Source of the DNA: Myxococcota bacterium
Lineage (GTDB): Bacteria > Myxococcota_A > Bradymonadia > UBA7976 > UBA1532
NCBI GenBank assembly: GCA_036337435.1
Contig: JAYZEG010000020.1
Coordinates: forward strand, 1-64,000
Length of the DNA: 64,000 nt
Direction of reading: 5' to 3'
In this document: piece after piece, positions 40,910 to 50,405 of the stretch
Layout of the letters: each line of letters begins with the position of its first letter
How positions within the stretch are numbered: position 1 is the first letter of the stretch
Made by a program: the position numbers and the translations under genes
The notes under the pieces: generated by a model
What the model was told of the DNA's origin: nothing
Databases searched by the model: none
The model's input: the letters and a program-made list of their open reading frames with translations, nothing else

Positions 40910-41547
40910 CGTCCCTCGTCTTCAACCCGGTCGGGTTGGCCAAACCCTCTATCAGGCTCCACACGGCCCGGTAGCCGTTTTACATGTCCTGTCATCGGGT
41001 TGACGCGAAGCGTAAAGTAATCGCCATCGCCATCGGTTGTGTAAATGATGGCTGGTTGCACAAAACCACTGGGAAAGAAGTGGATGGCGATCTCACCGCT
41101 CGTGATGACATCTTCTCGTCCCGATGTGATGGCCCCATAAATCTCAATGCCTCGAGTCATCGCGACGTTTGGAATGAGTGCTTCGAAGCGGGCTTTACGA
41201 ACCGGTTTTTCTTCTTCTTCTGCGTCAATGCGCCCTTTTTTCTCTTTATCTTCAGCGTCTTGAGCGTCTTCCTCGATGTCTATAAACACCCGCTCGCTCG
41301 AGGCTTCGACACGATATTGGTCTGTCTCGGGACTCAGAACCAGTCGGACAAATAAGCCTTCGGCGACCGACCGATTGTATGCGTGTCGTATGGCCGCACT
41401 GAGCTGGTTGGTCTGCGTCCGAAGGGCTGTGCCTGAGATTCGGTCGAGGCCCGCGATCCCAACACCCATCAGCATCACCAACACAGCGAGCACCACCAGG
41501 AGCTCGATGAGTGTGATCCCTTTGCTATGTCGGACTCTCTCTCGCAC
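40906..41547 (-). CDS. gspH: minor pseudopilin GspH (in frame with gspG; has its own SD and GTG at 41547)
   Basis: G|ITLIELLVVL, IHFFPSG, VNPMTG. Confidence 0.85.
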   Translation of the reverse strand: MRERVRHSKGITLIELLVVLAVLVMLMGVGIAGLDRISGTALRTQTNQLSAAIRHAYNRSVAEGLFVRLVLSPETDQYRVEASSERVFIDIEEDAQDAEDKEKKGRIDAEEEEKPVRKARFEALIPNVAMTRGIEIYGAITSGREDVITSGEIAIHFFPSGFVQPAIIYTTDGDGDYFTLRVNPMTGHVKRLPGRVEPDRGFGQPDRVEDEGR

Positions 41548-42000
41548 GTGATGGTGTCCTTCTGGGCCCGTAATTTTGATGTCGTCTTCGGTTCCGATTT
41601 GACCGTCTGAACCCTTCGAGACCAACTCAAACGGTGCGCCTCCGCTACCCGTATTTGCTTTGTAGATAATTGGATTTCCGAAATCGTCCTTCGGGGCCCC
41701 TTTGCCCTTCAGATAAGGCTTCATCCCATCTGGTGGATTGAGGAGTTTCTTGAGACCATCTCCTGCCGGATATTCACCGTGGTTCACTTTGTACTGGTTC
41801 AAAGCGGTCTTAATGGTTCCCATCTTGAGCTTTGTTGTTTGCACTTTACTGTTTTCGAATTGGTTCATGACGGCAACGACGACCACAGATGCCAGCAGCC
41901 CGAGGATTGCGATCACGATCATGATCTCGAGCAGCGTCATTCCTTTTTCCAGGGGATTGCGAGTGCGCGCTAATCGTTGCTTTAGGTGACCGGGTTTCAT
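41525..42000 (-). CDS. gspG: major pseudopilin GspG (no in-frame stop before gspH as written; 3' end uncertain)
   Basis: AAGGAG SD then ATG at 42000; G|MTLLEIMIV, ALNQY..NHGEYP, KDDFGNP, SKGSDGQIGTEDDI. Confidence 0.9.
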
Positions 42001-42019
42001 ACTGAGACTCCTTTTCGAG

Positions 42020-43246
42020 TTACTGAATAAATTCATTGAGTTGAAGGATGGGCATGAGGACTGCAAAGACGATGATCCCGATGGTCACTCCCATCCCAAC
42101 GATCATCACTGGCTCTAGTAAGCTTGTCAGTCCAGAGATTTTGCTATCGACTTGTGATTCATATGTGTCTGAGACAACAGAGAGCATTTCTTCAAGTGCA
42201 CCCGAGCGTTCGCCGATGGCGATCATGTGGGTCACAATCGGTGGGAAACGCCCACTGGCTTTGAGCGGGTCGGCTAGATTCGACCCTTCTTTCACGGCTA
42301 GGCGTGCTTGGTCCACGATTTCCATCAAGATCTGATTGCCAAGCACATTCTTGGTGATCTCCATCGCCTTGAGCAGGGGCACGCCCGACCGAAGTAAAGT
42401 GGCGAGGGTTCGGGTGAAGCGTGAGATGCCAATCATCATAATCAAATGGCCAAACACCGGTATGCTCAATTTACTCTTGTCCCAGCGGTAACTGCCGGAC
42501 TCAGTTTTCTTCCATTTTCTAAATAACCAGAAGATGAGGCCTGCCAGCAAAAACATGAGCCAATAGTATTGACGCAAGACGGAGCTAAAACCGATGAGTA
42601 GATTGGTAATCCAAGGCAATTCTTGCCCACTGTCCTCGAAGATTTGAGTGATTTGAGGAATCACATAGACGAAGAGAGCGGATAGGATAAGGCCCCCGAG
42701 GCCGACCATAATGATCGGGTAGAGCATGGCACTCTGTACTTTAGCCTTTAGTTTAACGGCATTCTCGGTGAACTCAGCGAGGCGCGTAAGCACTTGGTCC
42801 AAGGTGCCTGATGCTTCGCCCGCCCGTATCATGTTCGGAAAAATTGGGCTGAAGACCGCTGGGTGCTGTTCCATCGCTCCAGCCAGACTTGATCCTTCGC
42901 TCACATCTTGGCGAACTTTTGCAAGCACGCGTCTGAGTTTTTTCTTCTCTGTTTGATCGACCGTCGCGCTGATGGCTTCGACGAGTGGGATCCCTGCTTT
43001 GGTGAGTGTCGCGAGCTGGCGGGTAAAGAGTGCGATATCACTTTGAGAAACCCGTTCAAAGTACTGCTCTAAATCGACCTCCGTCGCCAGCAAGCTTTGA
43101 CTTTTTTTCGGACCCTTACCAACCCGGGTCAGAAAGATTCCCTCGCGCTTGAGTCCTGCGCGAAGTGCTTTCTCATTATCGGCATCTCTCACACCGACAA
43201 CTTCTTTCCCGGCCTTATTTAGGCCCCTGAACTCAAAGGCAGGCAC
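42020..43246 (-). CDS. gspF: type II secretion inner membrane protein F
   Basis: FTRQLATL..AGIPL, AGEASGTL, AMLYP, IGERSG, LLEP. Confidence 0.97.
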   Translation of the reverse strand: MPAFEFRGLNKAGKEVVGVRDADNEKALRAGLKREGIFLTRVGKGPKKSQSLLATEVDLEQYFERVSQSDIALFTRQLATLTKAGIPLVEAISATVDQTEKKKLRRVLAKVRQDVSEGSSLAGAMEQHPAVFSPIFPNMIRAGEASGTLDQVLTRLAEFTENAVKLKAKVQSAMLYPIIMVGLGGLILSALFVYVIPQITQIFEDSGQELPWITNLLIGFSSVLRQYYWLMFLLAGLIFWLFRKWKKTESGSYRWDKSKLSIPVFGHLIMMIGISRFTRTLATLLRSGVPLLKAMEITKNVLGNQILMEIVDQARLAVKEGSNLADPLKASGRFPPIVTHMIAIGERSGALEEMLSVVSDTYESQVDSKISGLTSLLEPVMIVGMGVTIGIIVFAVLMPILQLNEFIQ

Positions 43247-43261
43247 ATTAAACCCCTAATC

Positions 43262-44983
43262 TCAGTCTAGATTGAGCAAGTCGTCTTGCGTGACACGCAA
43301 CACTTCAGCGATGGTTGTTTCACCCAGCATCACCTTTCTCGCGCCATCATCTCTGAGGGTCCGCATCCCATGTTTCATGGCTTCCTTTTTTAAGGTCGCG
43401 CTGTCGACGTTCTGCATAATTAATTGCCGGATATCATCGTTGACAACCAGCAATTCGTAGATACCTGTTCGACCGCTGAATCCGCTGTCGAGGCACTCTT
43501 GGCAGCCGACACTTTGGTACACATGTCCAGGACTTTCCTTCATAAATCGCTCGCGAGTATACCCAAGCTGGATCAGTTCCGCTTCGGTCGGAACGACAGG
43601 GGTTTTGCAGCTCTGACAGAGCCGACGAACCAAGCGTTGTGCCATCATCCCGTTGACGGAAGATGAGACCAAGAAAGGCTCGACGCCCATGTCGACAAGT
43701 CGAGTCACGGCACTGGCTGCATCATTTGTATGAAGCGTACTGAAGACCAAGTGACCTGTCAGCGATGCCTGAATTGCAATTTCAGCGGTTTCACCATCAC
43801 GAATCTCACCAACCATGACGACATCAGGGTCTTGTCTCAGAATCGAACGAAGTCCAGACGCGAAGGTCAGTCCAACTTTACTGTTGACCTGTATTTGGCC
43901 TATTCCATTCAGTTGATACTCCACGGGATCTTCAACTGTGATGATCTTTCTAGTTGGACTATTAATCTTGGCTAAGCAGGCATAGAGCGTTGTGGTTTTC
44001 CCGCTGCCCGTCGGTCCGGTCACGAGAATGATCCCGTGTGAGCGTCCAAGCAACTCGTTGATGTCCGTGAGCACGGTCGAGCCCATTCCGATATGGCCAA
44101 GGTCTTGGAGGACCGCCGACTTGTCGAGTAGACGCATGACGAGTCGCTCGCCATGACTGGTCGGTACCGTAGACAGTCGAATGTCGATGTCTTTGCCGGC
44201 GACCTTAATCTTGATTCGCCCATCCTGTGGAATTCGTTTTTCTGCGATGTCCAGTCCACTCATCACCTTGAGGCGGCTACAGATTGACGCATGAAATCGC
44301 TTTGGCGGTTGTAGAACCTCTGACAGGACACCGTCGACTCGAAAACGGACTGCGATGTGCCGGTCGAAAGGCTCGATATGAATATCACTGGCGCGAGCTT
44401 TGACGGCCTGATTTAGAATCGCGTTGACCAACCTGATGATGGGTGCCTCATCATCGGCATCGATGATGTCGATATCGATTTGGTCAATGCCTTCAGCACC
44501 GCTGATAACCTGCTCATCTGCGATATCTGACATGACTTGGTCTGCGGCTGCACGTCGGTCGAATACTTTGTTAATCGCATCGAGCATTGTCTGCTCTGGG
44601 ACAACGACGGGAATGACCGGTTGGCGCAGGGCGATTCTAACGGCATCTAAACTCGCTAAGTCGAGTGGGTCTGCCAACCCGACTGTGACGAGGTTTTCAT
44701 GTTGCCAAAGAGGCAGGATTAATTTACTGCGTGCAAATGAGACCGGTAGGCTGTCAGACAATTCGAAGTCCACGCTTTCGATATCGAGCTCCTCCCGCCA
44801 TTCGAGACCCAGACTCAGGGATGTTGCCTTCGCAACGTCGTTGGTATCGACCATCTGCAAGTGCAGCATTGCATCCGTGAGCGCGATCCCGCGCTCAGCG
44901 GCGATCTCTTGAGCGGTTTCAATCTGGTCGAAGCTGATTCGCCCAGAGTCGACCAAATGTTCGACGAGCCTTCTTTCAAACAT
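43262..44983 (-). CDS. gspE: type II secretion ATPase E
   Basis: ASDIHIEP, GPTGSGKTTT, LRQDPDVVMVGEIRD, GHLVFSTLHTND, tetracysteine motif. Confidence 0.98.
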   Translation of the reverse strand: MFERRLVEHLVDSGRISFDQIETAQEIAAERGIALTDAMLHLQMVDTNDVAKATSLSLGLEWREELDIESVDFELSDSLPVSFARSKLILPLWQHENLVTVGLADPLDLASLDAVRIALRQPVIPVVVPEQTMLDAINKVFDRRAAADQVMSDIADEQVISGAEGIDQIDIDIIDADDEAPIIRLVNAILNQAVKARASDIHIEPFDRHIAVRFRVDGVLSEVLQPPKRFHASICSRLKVMSGLDIAEKRIPQDGRIKIKVAGKDIDIRLSTVPTSHGERLVMRLLDKSAVLQDLGHIGMGSTVLTDINELLGRSHGIILVTGPTGSGKTTTLYACLAKINSPTRKIITVEDPVEYQLNGIGQIQVNSKVGLTFASGLRSILRQDPDVVMVGEIRDGETAEIAIQASLTGHLVFSTLHTNDAASAVTRLVDMGVEPFLVSSSVNGMMAQRLVRRLCQSCKTPVVPTEAELIQLGYTRERFMKESPGHVYQSVGCQECLDSGFSGRTGIYELLVVNDDIRQLIMQNVDSATLKKEAMKHGMRTLRDDGARKVMLGETTIAEVLRVTQDDLLNLD

Positions 44984-44985
44984 TC

Positions 44986-47679
44986 CTATTCTGCTCCATC
45001 GATCATCGAATCAGCAGCTAATTCATCGCTGTCGAGTTCATCTGGACGAACCTGTGCACTGTCATCATCGTCATCGATCCCATCGGTATCTTGGGGAAGG
45101 GGAGGCCCTTTTTCTTGACGTCGAATTTCCTCGAGGAGCTCCTGTTCTTTCCTAATTTCCCGAATCGTCTGTCGTATAGACTCCAAAACGCCGTGTTTTT
45201 TGCGATAGTCGATATTCAGAACCAGCTTATCGCCCTTTTTATGGAACCGGGCCGCAAACTCTCTGTGCTCTTCCAACTTGCGTTTCATGATGGTCTTAAA
45301 GTCGTTTGGACCTTCGATGACGTAGGGCGTCAACATCAGGAGTAAGTTCACTCGCTCACGCTTTTTTGTAGAGCTTCTGAACAGGTACCCAATAATGGGA
45401 ATCTCTCCGAGGAAGGGGAACGCGGTTTTGCTGTTACTTTGCTTGCTCTTCTGAAGCCCGCCTATGACAACCGTGTTTTGATCTTTGACGACAACGGTGC
45501 TTTTCACGCTCCGCTTTGATGTAGTTGGACCGAGGCGTTCGTCGAATCTCGATATTTCTTCGACCACTTGGTCGATTTCCAGAGTCACGAAACTGGCTGC
45601 GTTGATCCGTGGCGTAATCTTGAGCGTCAGGGCCACGTCTTGCCGCTGGACATTGACCGTTGGTAGAAGACCAAGGCCGCCTGTCAGACCACCGGCACCG
45701 CCGGCCAGACCACCGCCTCCGCCGCCAACAAAACCGCTTACAAAAGGCACGTTGTCACCAACCACGATCTCTGCTTGCTCATTATCCGTCGTCAAAATGT
45801 GAGGCGTGCTGAGTACGTTCACGTCATTGTTCGTTGCGAGGGCTCTCATGACCGCGCCAAAAGACGGTAGACTCACTCCAGAAATTTCAATTGGCGGCCC
45901 CTGCACGGCCAATCCGGTCAATGAAGCGGCACTGGTCAAATCCAAGATGCTGCCACCTTTAGGACCTGGATTGCCGAACACGACCAGTCCTTTCTTATCG
46001 CCTGAGAATTCAGGGTCGTAGCCAATATGACTGGAAATTCCGAATTCTCTATTATTCTCAACGGCCACTTCCATGACGACAGCTTCGATGAAAACCTGGC
46101 GCCTGGGTCGATCGAGTACGTCGATGACCTTCTTTAACGATAGGTAATCCTTCAGGCTCGCTGTAATCACTAACGAGTTTGTGTCTTCATCTGCAGTCAC
46201 ATTGACCTCGCCTTCGAAAAGGGCTGCAGACGATGTTGTTGATGATGAACTCCGTTTGGATGATTTCTTTTTACTCGAGCGTTTCTTACGCGTCCGTCGG
46301 CTTGAGCTGCTGCGTTGGTTACTGCTCAGATTACCCAGCACTGTAGAAATGTCAGCGGCCTTGGCATGGTTGAGTTGATGGATATGGACTTGGCCATCTC
46401 CTTCGACTGCAATATCCAGACGCTTGATGAGCTTCTTGACGCGCTTGTAAGACCGTCTTGTCGCCACAATTAAAAGGCGGTTGGTCCGCTCATCCGCAAT
46501 CACTTTGCTCACTCTTGCATCGAGTTCAGATTCACCAACGCTGGTGGATTCAGCTCGTTTTGACCCTTTGCCGCGACGTCGTTTCTTTGACGAGCTACGC
46601 TTCCGGCTGCTTTTGCTCGATGACTTCGAGTCTTGCTTCTCAAAGACTTCCAGAATTTTTTGGGCTATCTCACTGGCCTCAGCATTGACGACCTGGTACA
46701 TCCACAACTCTTCTGAGCCGCCGGGTTGGTCGAGTTCTTTTATCAAGACTTTGAGCTTTCGTAGGTTGCTCCCCGTCTCCGTGATGATGAGTGAATTGTT
46801 CGGCTGATAGACAATAAACTGGGCGTTGGCCGTCGCCAGCTTGCTAATCACCTCGTTAATCTCGCCGGCATCTACGTGTCTGAGTGTGACGATTTGCGTC
46901 ACCATACGGTCTTCGCTCGGTGGGGTCGAACCGGGCGGTAGCAGTGGGTCAGAGGCCCGTGCAAAGTCTTTGATGTCAATGATTCTTAGAAATTTCCCCT
47001 GCCTTGATATGGTCAGCCCATTGGTTTCCAAAGCAGTCAAGAAAGCCCGGTAGGCCTCTTGCTTTGTCACTTTCTGAGGTGCCCAAATGGTGATTTTCTT
47101 TCCCTTGATGGATTTGGGCAGGATGATGTTTTGTTGAGTCAAGCAGCCGATGAGCCAAACAACATCGGCTATGTCGTGTTCGTAGATGTCCAATGTGAAC
47201 TTGGCGTCGTTGGGGAGGTCGGGGACAACAGACTGACATTTTTCAACGAAATCTTTGCTGAGGGTTCTATCCTCTTTATCTTTCTTCTTGTCTTTCAAAC
47301 CCGCCTTCCAAGACGGAGGTAGACTGTCTTTTTCTGGTTGGCTTGCCGTCGTATCTTCTGTCTTGGGCACAGCCGGCGTCTTGATGGGTTTTGCAGGCGG
47401 CTTCTGGGCGGCACCACTTGGCGCGACCGGCTTCGGCTTTACCATCTTAGGCGTGAGCGCAGGCAGTTTTTTGAATGAAGTCGGTTTTTCCTTTAGAACC
47501 TGCTTGTTCACCCGCTTCGGTTCAGTCAGCTTGGTCGTTTTTAAGAGCTTGAGCTTACTGGGTTTGACCCCTTTGGTCTTTTCGACGGGTTCAGCTGCTG
47601 GATCTTGTGCACTTGCAAGGGATGTAACCAAGCAACAGGACAAGAAGGCGGTCATAGTCAGACGTCCGATGTTCTTCAT
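44986..47679 (-). CDS. gspD: type II secretion secretin D
   Basis: N0-N3 domains, LDRPRRQVFIEA, LSTPHILTTDN, IGGL, FPFLGEIPIIGYLFRS. Confidence 0.97.
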   Translation of the reverse strand: MKNIGRLTMTAFLSCCLVTSLASAQDPAAEPVEKTKGVKPSKLKLLKTTKLTEPKRVNKQVLKEKPTSFKKLPALTPKMVKPKPVAPSGAAQKPPAKPIKTPAVPKTEDTTASQPEKDSLPPSWKAGLKDKKKDKEDRTLSKDFVEKCQSVVPDLPNDAKFTLDIYEHDIADVVWLIGCLTQQNIILPKSIKGKKITIWAPQKVTKQEAYRAFLTALETNGLTISRQGKFLRIIDIKDFARASDPLLPPGSTPPSEDRMVTQIVTLRHVDAGEINEVISKLATANAQFIVYQPNNSLIITETGSNLRKLKVLIKELDQPGGSEELWMYQVVNAEASEIAQKILEVFEKQDSKSSSKSSRKRSSSKKRRRGKGSKRAESTSVGESELDARVSKVIADERTNRLLIVATRRSYKRVKKLIKRLDIAVEGDGQVHIHQLNHAKAADISTVLGNLSSNQRSSSSRRTRKKRSSKKKSSKRSSSSTTSSAALFEGEVNVTADEDTNSLVITASLKDYLSLKKVIDVLDRPRRQVFIEAVVMEVAVENNREFGISSHIGYDPEFSGDKKGLVVFGNPGPKGGSILDLTSAASLTGLAVQGPPIEISGVSLPSFGAVMRALATNNDVNVLSTPHILTTDNEQAEIVVGDNVPFVSGFVGGGGGGLAGGAGGLTGGLGLLPTVNVQRQDVALTLKITPRINAASFVTLEIDQVVEEISRFDERLGPTTSKRSVKSTVVVKDQNTVVIGGLQKSKQSNSKTAFPFLGEIPIIGYLFRSSTKKRERVNLLLMLTPYVIEGPNDFKTIMKRKLEEHREFAARFHKKGDKLVLNIDYRKKHGVLESIRQTIREIRKEQELLEEIRRQEKGPPLPQDTDGIDDDDDSAQVRPDELDSDELAADSMIDGAE

Positions 47680-48662
47680 TTGATGATGTACTCGTATGTC
47701 GTTTTCCGGCCGCGTCGCTCTAAATCGACAGTGACGCTTTCGGAGGATTTCAATTTCTCAAATAACTCTAATGCTTTAGTCGGGCTGGTGATGCCTTCGC
47801 CATTCACAGATTTTAGGATATCTCCGGACCGCACACCGATGTGGCTGTACAAGCTTCCCGGTCGTACACCGACGAGCTTAAAGCCTTTCGGTTTACCTCC
47901 ACGGTAATGTGGAATTACTCGTGCTTGGCGGCTGAGTTTACCGAGATCTTCGAGTTGCTCATTGAGCATGTCTCGATCGACCTGGTAGGTGTTCTTACCC
48001 ACCTTCTTGATGCCTGCCTTGATTTTCTCGGAGTCGTTCTTACCACCGTTCTTGCTGTAATTTGACCCCGATTTATAGGTCGACCGACCGGGTTTATAGC
48101 GGCTGGACTTTGCCTTCTTCGATGCGATCCGTTTGCTTTTCACGCATTTGAATTTGTTGGCTTCAGCGACAATAAGCCGTTCTCGTTGAATCGCGACGAG
48201 TTCGTGGTTACCAACCATATCGCCCACGCGAAGCATGCGTGCCTTCCCGTTCTCGGTCACCGTTGCTGTCGACCATGTGGCAGGCTCTGCGACCAGTGTG
48301 GCGTTCAATTTTACGGTGGATTCTTCCCACTCATTACACTCTTCCCCGGGCCCTGGAATCTTTTCTGGGTCTAGTGCTTCCTCCACCTTTTCGGGTTTCT
48401 CATCCTCCGGCACTTCTTCGACCGGCTCAGGTGGGTTCGCGTTGAACAGATTGCGATCTCTAATCAACTCACCCCAGCCCAACGCCATGCCCTTGATCGT
48501 CGATTTTTGTTTCACTTTTGCCTCGGGCGCTTTGCGCTTCGGCTCGACACTCACCAGTTGCTCAGCGATCAGATTGTTGGCAACTCGAGCCGAGAGGAAG
48601 GCAAGGCCCGTTAGGAGCACCAAATTGACGATCCAAAAATATCTTTTAGCAGCACTTTCCAT
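47676..48662 (-). CDS. gspC: type II secretion protein C with PDZ domain
   Basis: TM, RNLFN, HR domain, GFKLVGVRPGSLY..IG.RSGDI.KSVNG PDZ; ATG at 48662. Confidence 0.93.
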   Translation of the reverse strand: MESAAKRYFWIVNLVLLTGLAFLSARVANNLIAEQLVSVEPKRKAPEAKVKQKSTIKGMALGWGELIRDRNLFNANPPEPVEEVPEDEKPEKVEEALDPEKIPGPGEECNEWEESTVKLNATLVAEPATWSTATVTENGKARMLRVGDMVGNHELVAIQRERLIVAEANKFKCVKSKRIASKKAKSSRYKPGRSTYKSGSNYSKNGGKNDSEKIKAGIKKVGKNTYQVDRDMLNEQLEDLGKLSRQARVIPHYRGGKPKGFKLVGVRPGSLYSHIGVRSGDILKSVNGEGITSPTKALELFEKLKSSESVTVDLERRGRKTTYEYIIK

Positions 48663-48748
48663 CGTTAAGCTAAGGGTCCTTTGGCTACAGCTGGTGTTGA
48701 GGGAGACTGGGTCGAGATGTGACTCGCCTGCTCGCCGCAACCCAGTCC

Positions 48749-48764
48749 TACAAGAATCGTGCCG
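48749..48764 (-). promoter_or_regulatory. putative sigma54 (-24/-12) promoter of the gsp operon
   Basis: Minus strand CGGCACGATTCTTGTA versus consensus TGGCACGNNNNTTGCW. Confidence 0.65.
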
Positions 48765-48832
48765 GTTACCTGTGTCGATTAAAACGAGCCTGGTAGCCGC
48801 AGAGCAATAGGGGAAACGTTCGTCGTATCGTG

Positions 48833-48884
48833 TGCCAATTTGTCAAAAGGGGTACGAATACTGGCTCAGGATGTCAAAATGGCA
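48833..48884. promoter_or_regulatory. two putative enhancer (bEBP-binding) sites
   Basis: TGCCA-ATT-TGTCA (48833-48845) and TGTCA-AAA-TGGCA (48872-48884), about -100 and -140 relative to the predicted sigma54 start. Confidence 0.55.
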
Positions 48885-48892
48885 TTCTGACC

Positions 48893-50242
48893 TTAGTTGT
48901 CTAGTTTGCGGTAGATGGTTCGGGTTGCAATGCCGAGGAGTTGGGCGGTGCGTTTCTTGTCGCCACCGGTAAACAAAAGCGTCTCGCGGATCACGCGTCT
49001 TTCGATTTCATCGAGGGGGGTTCCGATGGGAATGGTCAGGATTTCAGCATCCCGAATCTCATCGTTAATTGTTGCAGGCATATCCGACTCATCCAAGACG
49101 GCACTTTTGGCGAGTACAACGGCGCGCTCGATGGTATTCTGAAGCTCACGAACATTGCCCGGCCACGAATAATCAGTGAGCTTCTGTAGGGCACTTGGCG
49201 AGATCCCATCAATGACCTTTTGATTTTTTTCTGCATAGAGACGGACAAAATAATCTGCGAGGAGCGGGACATCATCTCGGCGAGCTCGCAGCGGTGGAAC
49301 CGTGATTGGAATGACATTGAGACGGTAGAAGAGGTCCTCTCTGAAGTCGCCACTTTTCACCGCCGCCTCGAGGTCTCGATTGGTTGCAGCGATGATTCGG
49401 CAATCGGTAAAAAGGGTCTCTTGACCACCCACCCGTTCATAATCTCCCGATTGCAGAACCCTGAGCAATTTGACTTGGATTTGGGGTGAGAGTTCACCCA
49501 CCTCATCGAGAAAGATCGTACCTTGGTGGGCTCGTGTGAAACGGCCATCACGCTGCATGTGTGCGCCCGTGAAAGCACCTTTCTCTGAACCGAAAAGCTC
49601 TGCTTCAATGACGGATTCTGGAAGGGCACTGCAATTAACAGTGACCAATGGCTGGCCTGCTCTTGGAGAGAGTCGGTGAACGGCACGAGCAAATAATTCT
49701 TTCCCTGTCCCACTCTCGCCCATGAGGAGGACGGTTGCCGATGATGGTGCTGCTTGTTTTGCTGTGTCTAAAACATGGCGTAAAGCCGGTGCATTGCCGA
49801 TGATCAAGTCGCCGTGACGTTGTTGGTTTCGCGCATCGGCTAATTGGGCTTTTAGGGATTTGTTTTCGGCAATTAGAGTCAGCTTTTCGATGGCTCGAGT
49901 GACTGTGCGCTCGATCTCCGCTCGCCTGAAGGGTTTGGTCACGAAATCGTAGGCTCCCTCGCGCATGGCTTCGACAGCACGTTCGATGGTGCCATATGCG
50001 GTCATCAGAACGACTTCGGTATCTGGGGATATCGCTTTGGTGTTCTTGAGTAGCTCAACGCCGCTCATATTCGGCATCATGAGGTCTGTAAGAATGACAC
50101 CCACGTTTTTTTTACGCAACGTCGATAAGGCCTCTTGCCCGTTGGTTGCCGCAAGCGTTCGGATCTCCAGTTTTTCAAAAATTTTGACGAGACTCGCTAG
50201 ATTTGACGTGTCGTCATCTACGACCAGTAATGTTGGTTGCAT
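48893..50242 (-). CDS. sigma54-dependent response regulator (NtrC family: receiver, AAA+, Fis HTH)
   Basis: VVDDD, TDLMMP, GESGTGKE, ELFGSEKGAFTGA, FLDEVGE, FREDLFYRL, WPGNVREL. Confidence 0.97.
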   Translation of the reverse strand: MQPTLLVVDDDTSNLASLVKIFEKLEIRTLAATNGQEALSTLRKKNVGVILTDLMMPNMSGVELLKNTKAISPDTEVVLMTAYGTIERAVEAMREGAYDFVTKPFRRAEIERTVTRAIEKLTLIAENKSLKAQLADARNQQRHGDLIIGNAPALRHVLDTAKQAAPSSATVLLMGESGTGKELFARAVHRLSPRAGQPLVTVNCSALPESVIEAELFGSEKGAFTGAHMQRDGRFTRAHQGTIFLDEVGELSPQIQVKLLRVLQSGDYERVGGQETLFTDCRIIAATNRDLEAAVKSGDFREDLFYRLNVIPITVPPLRARRDDVPLLADYFVRLYAEKNQKVIDGISPSALQKLTDYSWPGNVRELQNTIERAVVLAKSAVLDESDMPATINDEIRDAEILTIPIGTPLDEIERRVIRETLLFTGGDKKRTAQLLGIATRTIYRKLDN

Positions 50243-50405
50243 CGTCCATTCCTGACATTGGAACTCATCTCCTTGTTAACAGGTTGTTCCACGTTCAACA
50301 ACGGTGCCGTCGTCTCGCCCTTACACAGTGTTTTTCGAGTCAGCGTTCCCTGCCCGATTCTTGGTCGATGAGATGGTGAGAAAACCGGTCGGCACCAACG
50401 CCCAC

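Noticed and set aside
36602..44983. Interpretation as a type IV pilus or Tad operon
   Set aside because: Gene order C-D-E-F-G-H-I-J-K-L-M-N with a PDZ-bearing GspC and a typical GspK indicates T2SS; no PilT in the cluster
48822..48837. Second sigma54 promoter (minus strand TGGCACACGATACGAC)
   Set aside because: Good -24 but no TTGC-like -12; overlaps the better-supported enhancer-like site
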